Origin: Octopus sinensis
Taxonomy: Eukaryota
Direction of reading: 5' to 3'
Length of the DNA stretch: 64,000 nucleotides
NCBI RefSeq assembly: GCF_006345805.1
Contig: NC_043001.1
Coordinates: 50,158,001 to 50,222,000, forward strand
Both the position numbers and the translations under genes were made by a program. The notes beneath the pieces were generated by a model. The model had not been told where the DNA came from. It saw only the letters and a program-made list of their open reading frames with translations, and did not search any database. Positions 62,841-64,000 of the stretch are shown here, in pieces; the first letter of the stretch is position 1, and every line of letters begins with the position of its first letter.

Positions 62841-64000
62841 AAATACAAAATGGGACAAGAATGCAAACCATCCAGATAGACAATACAAAAAAAAAACAAG
62901 GACGGGTCATTCGAAGCCTTTTATCCTCAGTCAAGAACCAGATCATCCTCGCAATTTCAGGTGATAATCTTGATTGCTCCAATCTGGCCAGCCCCAAGGA
63001 AAAACTAAGCTAAGAGCATTAGATTCTTTGGAAGAGTTTTTTCATTTATATGTATGCATGTGTGTTTAAATACTAGAGTGAAAAAAAATAAGTACAGAGC
63101 AGGGGACAAATTTGATTGACTAAACCCTTCATGGTAGTGTTCTAGTATGGCCACAGCCCAATGACTGAAAGAAGTAAAAAAAAAAAAAAGGGGTGTCTGG
63201 CAAAAAAGCTGCTTTGTGGCTCTTTACATTGTGATTTCCTGCAAAGGTTAACTTTGCTTTCTTTTGTCCAGAGTCAATAAAATATAACCTTTTCTACAAT
63301 ATGCACATCATTGTTGTCATTTAACTTCTGTTTTCTATGCTGGCATGGTTTAGATGGTTTGATCAGGATTAGCAAGCTGAAGAGCTGTACCAGGCTCCAG
63401 TCTGATTTGGTCTGGTTTGTATGCCCTTCCGAAAGGCCTGAAATTTGGAGAGGGGGGAAGTCAATTACAATGACTCCCTCCGAAATGATGAAAGACAAAG
63501 TTGATCTTGGTAGCATTTGAACACAAAATAGAAAACCAGAAGAAAAGTTGCTAAGCATTTTGTCTGGTGTGCTAAGAATTCTGCAAGCTTGCTTTCTTCA
63601 GTTAACATAATATAATTCCAATCAAGTACAGGAGGTTTAGGTAATCAAACAACGCCACTCCTCCCTTGAAAATTGCTGACCTTGTATCTGAATGAGAAGC
63701 AATCAAATACATCAGCTGAAGATATTGGTCCGTGTGAGTCTGTAAAAATGCTTGCTTTTTGTGTTTGTATGGAAGAAATGATAGTGAGTCTACTCAGTAA
63801 GAACCCAGATCAGTGCAGTACAAAGTGCAAGTCAAGTACTGAGAAAGATCTCTCCAATGCATTTTTGTCTTTGAATCAGCTACTTTAAATGGGACAAGGA
63901 AGGATTATACACATTGCAGCCCCACTAACCCTTCACCACCATAGACTAAGAGACTGCACTTCTCAGTTGCAACAAACTGATGAGCTGCACAACCATGCTA

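Overview
AT-rich, repeat-saturated eukaryotic genomic DNA. The SINE families, TTAGGG-type repeats and microsatellite load look cephalopod (Octopus-like); this is recalled from repeat sequence, not from a search. No complete host gene is evident, and most ORFs in the supplied track are microsatellite translations. The window holds several tRNA-derived SINE families, mariner/Tc1/Tc3 remnants and MITEs, R4/Dong-like and RTE non-LTR retrotransposons (one 612-aa RT ORF), a Tx1/L1-type ORF1 relic and many foldback (inverted-repeat) structures. The main findings: (1) a ~1.27-kb foldback whose arms each carry a complete, foldable type I hammerhead ribozyme (10221-10313 minus, 11283-11375 plus), with related hammerhead-like cores in other foldbacks, pointing to Penelope-type pseudo-LTR/retrozyme elements; (2) GG-ended, 8-bp-TSD MITEs carrying telomere-type (CCCTAA)n arrays; (3) a splice-site-bounded segment (6035-6115, minus) that matches the 22-aa SDS22-type LRR consensus only after two 1-nt insertions; (4) a candidate minus-strand exon overlapping an RFX X-box at 9326-9339.
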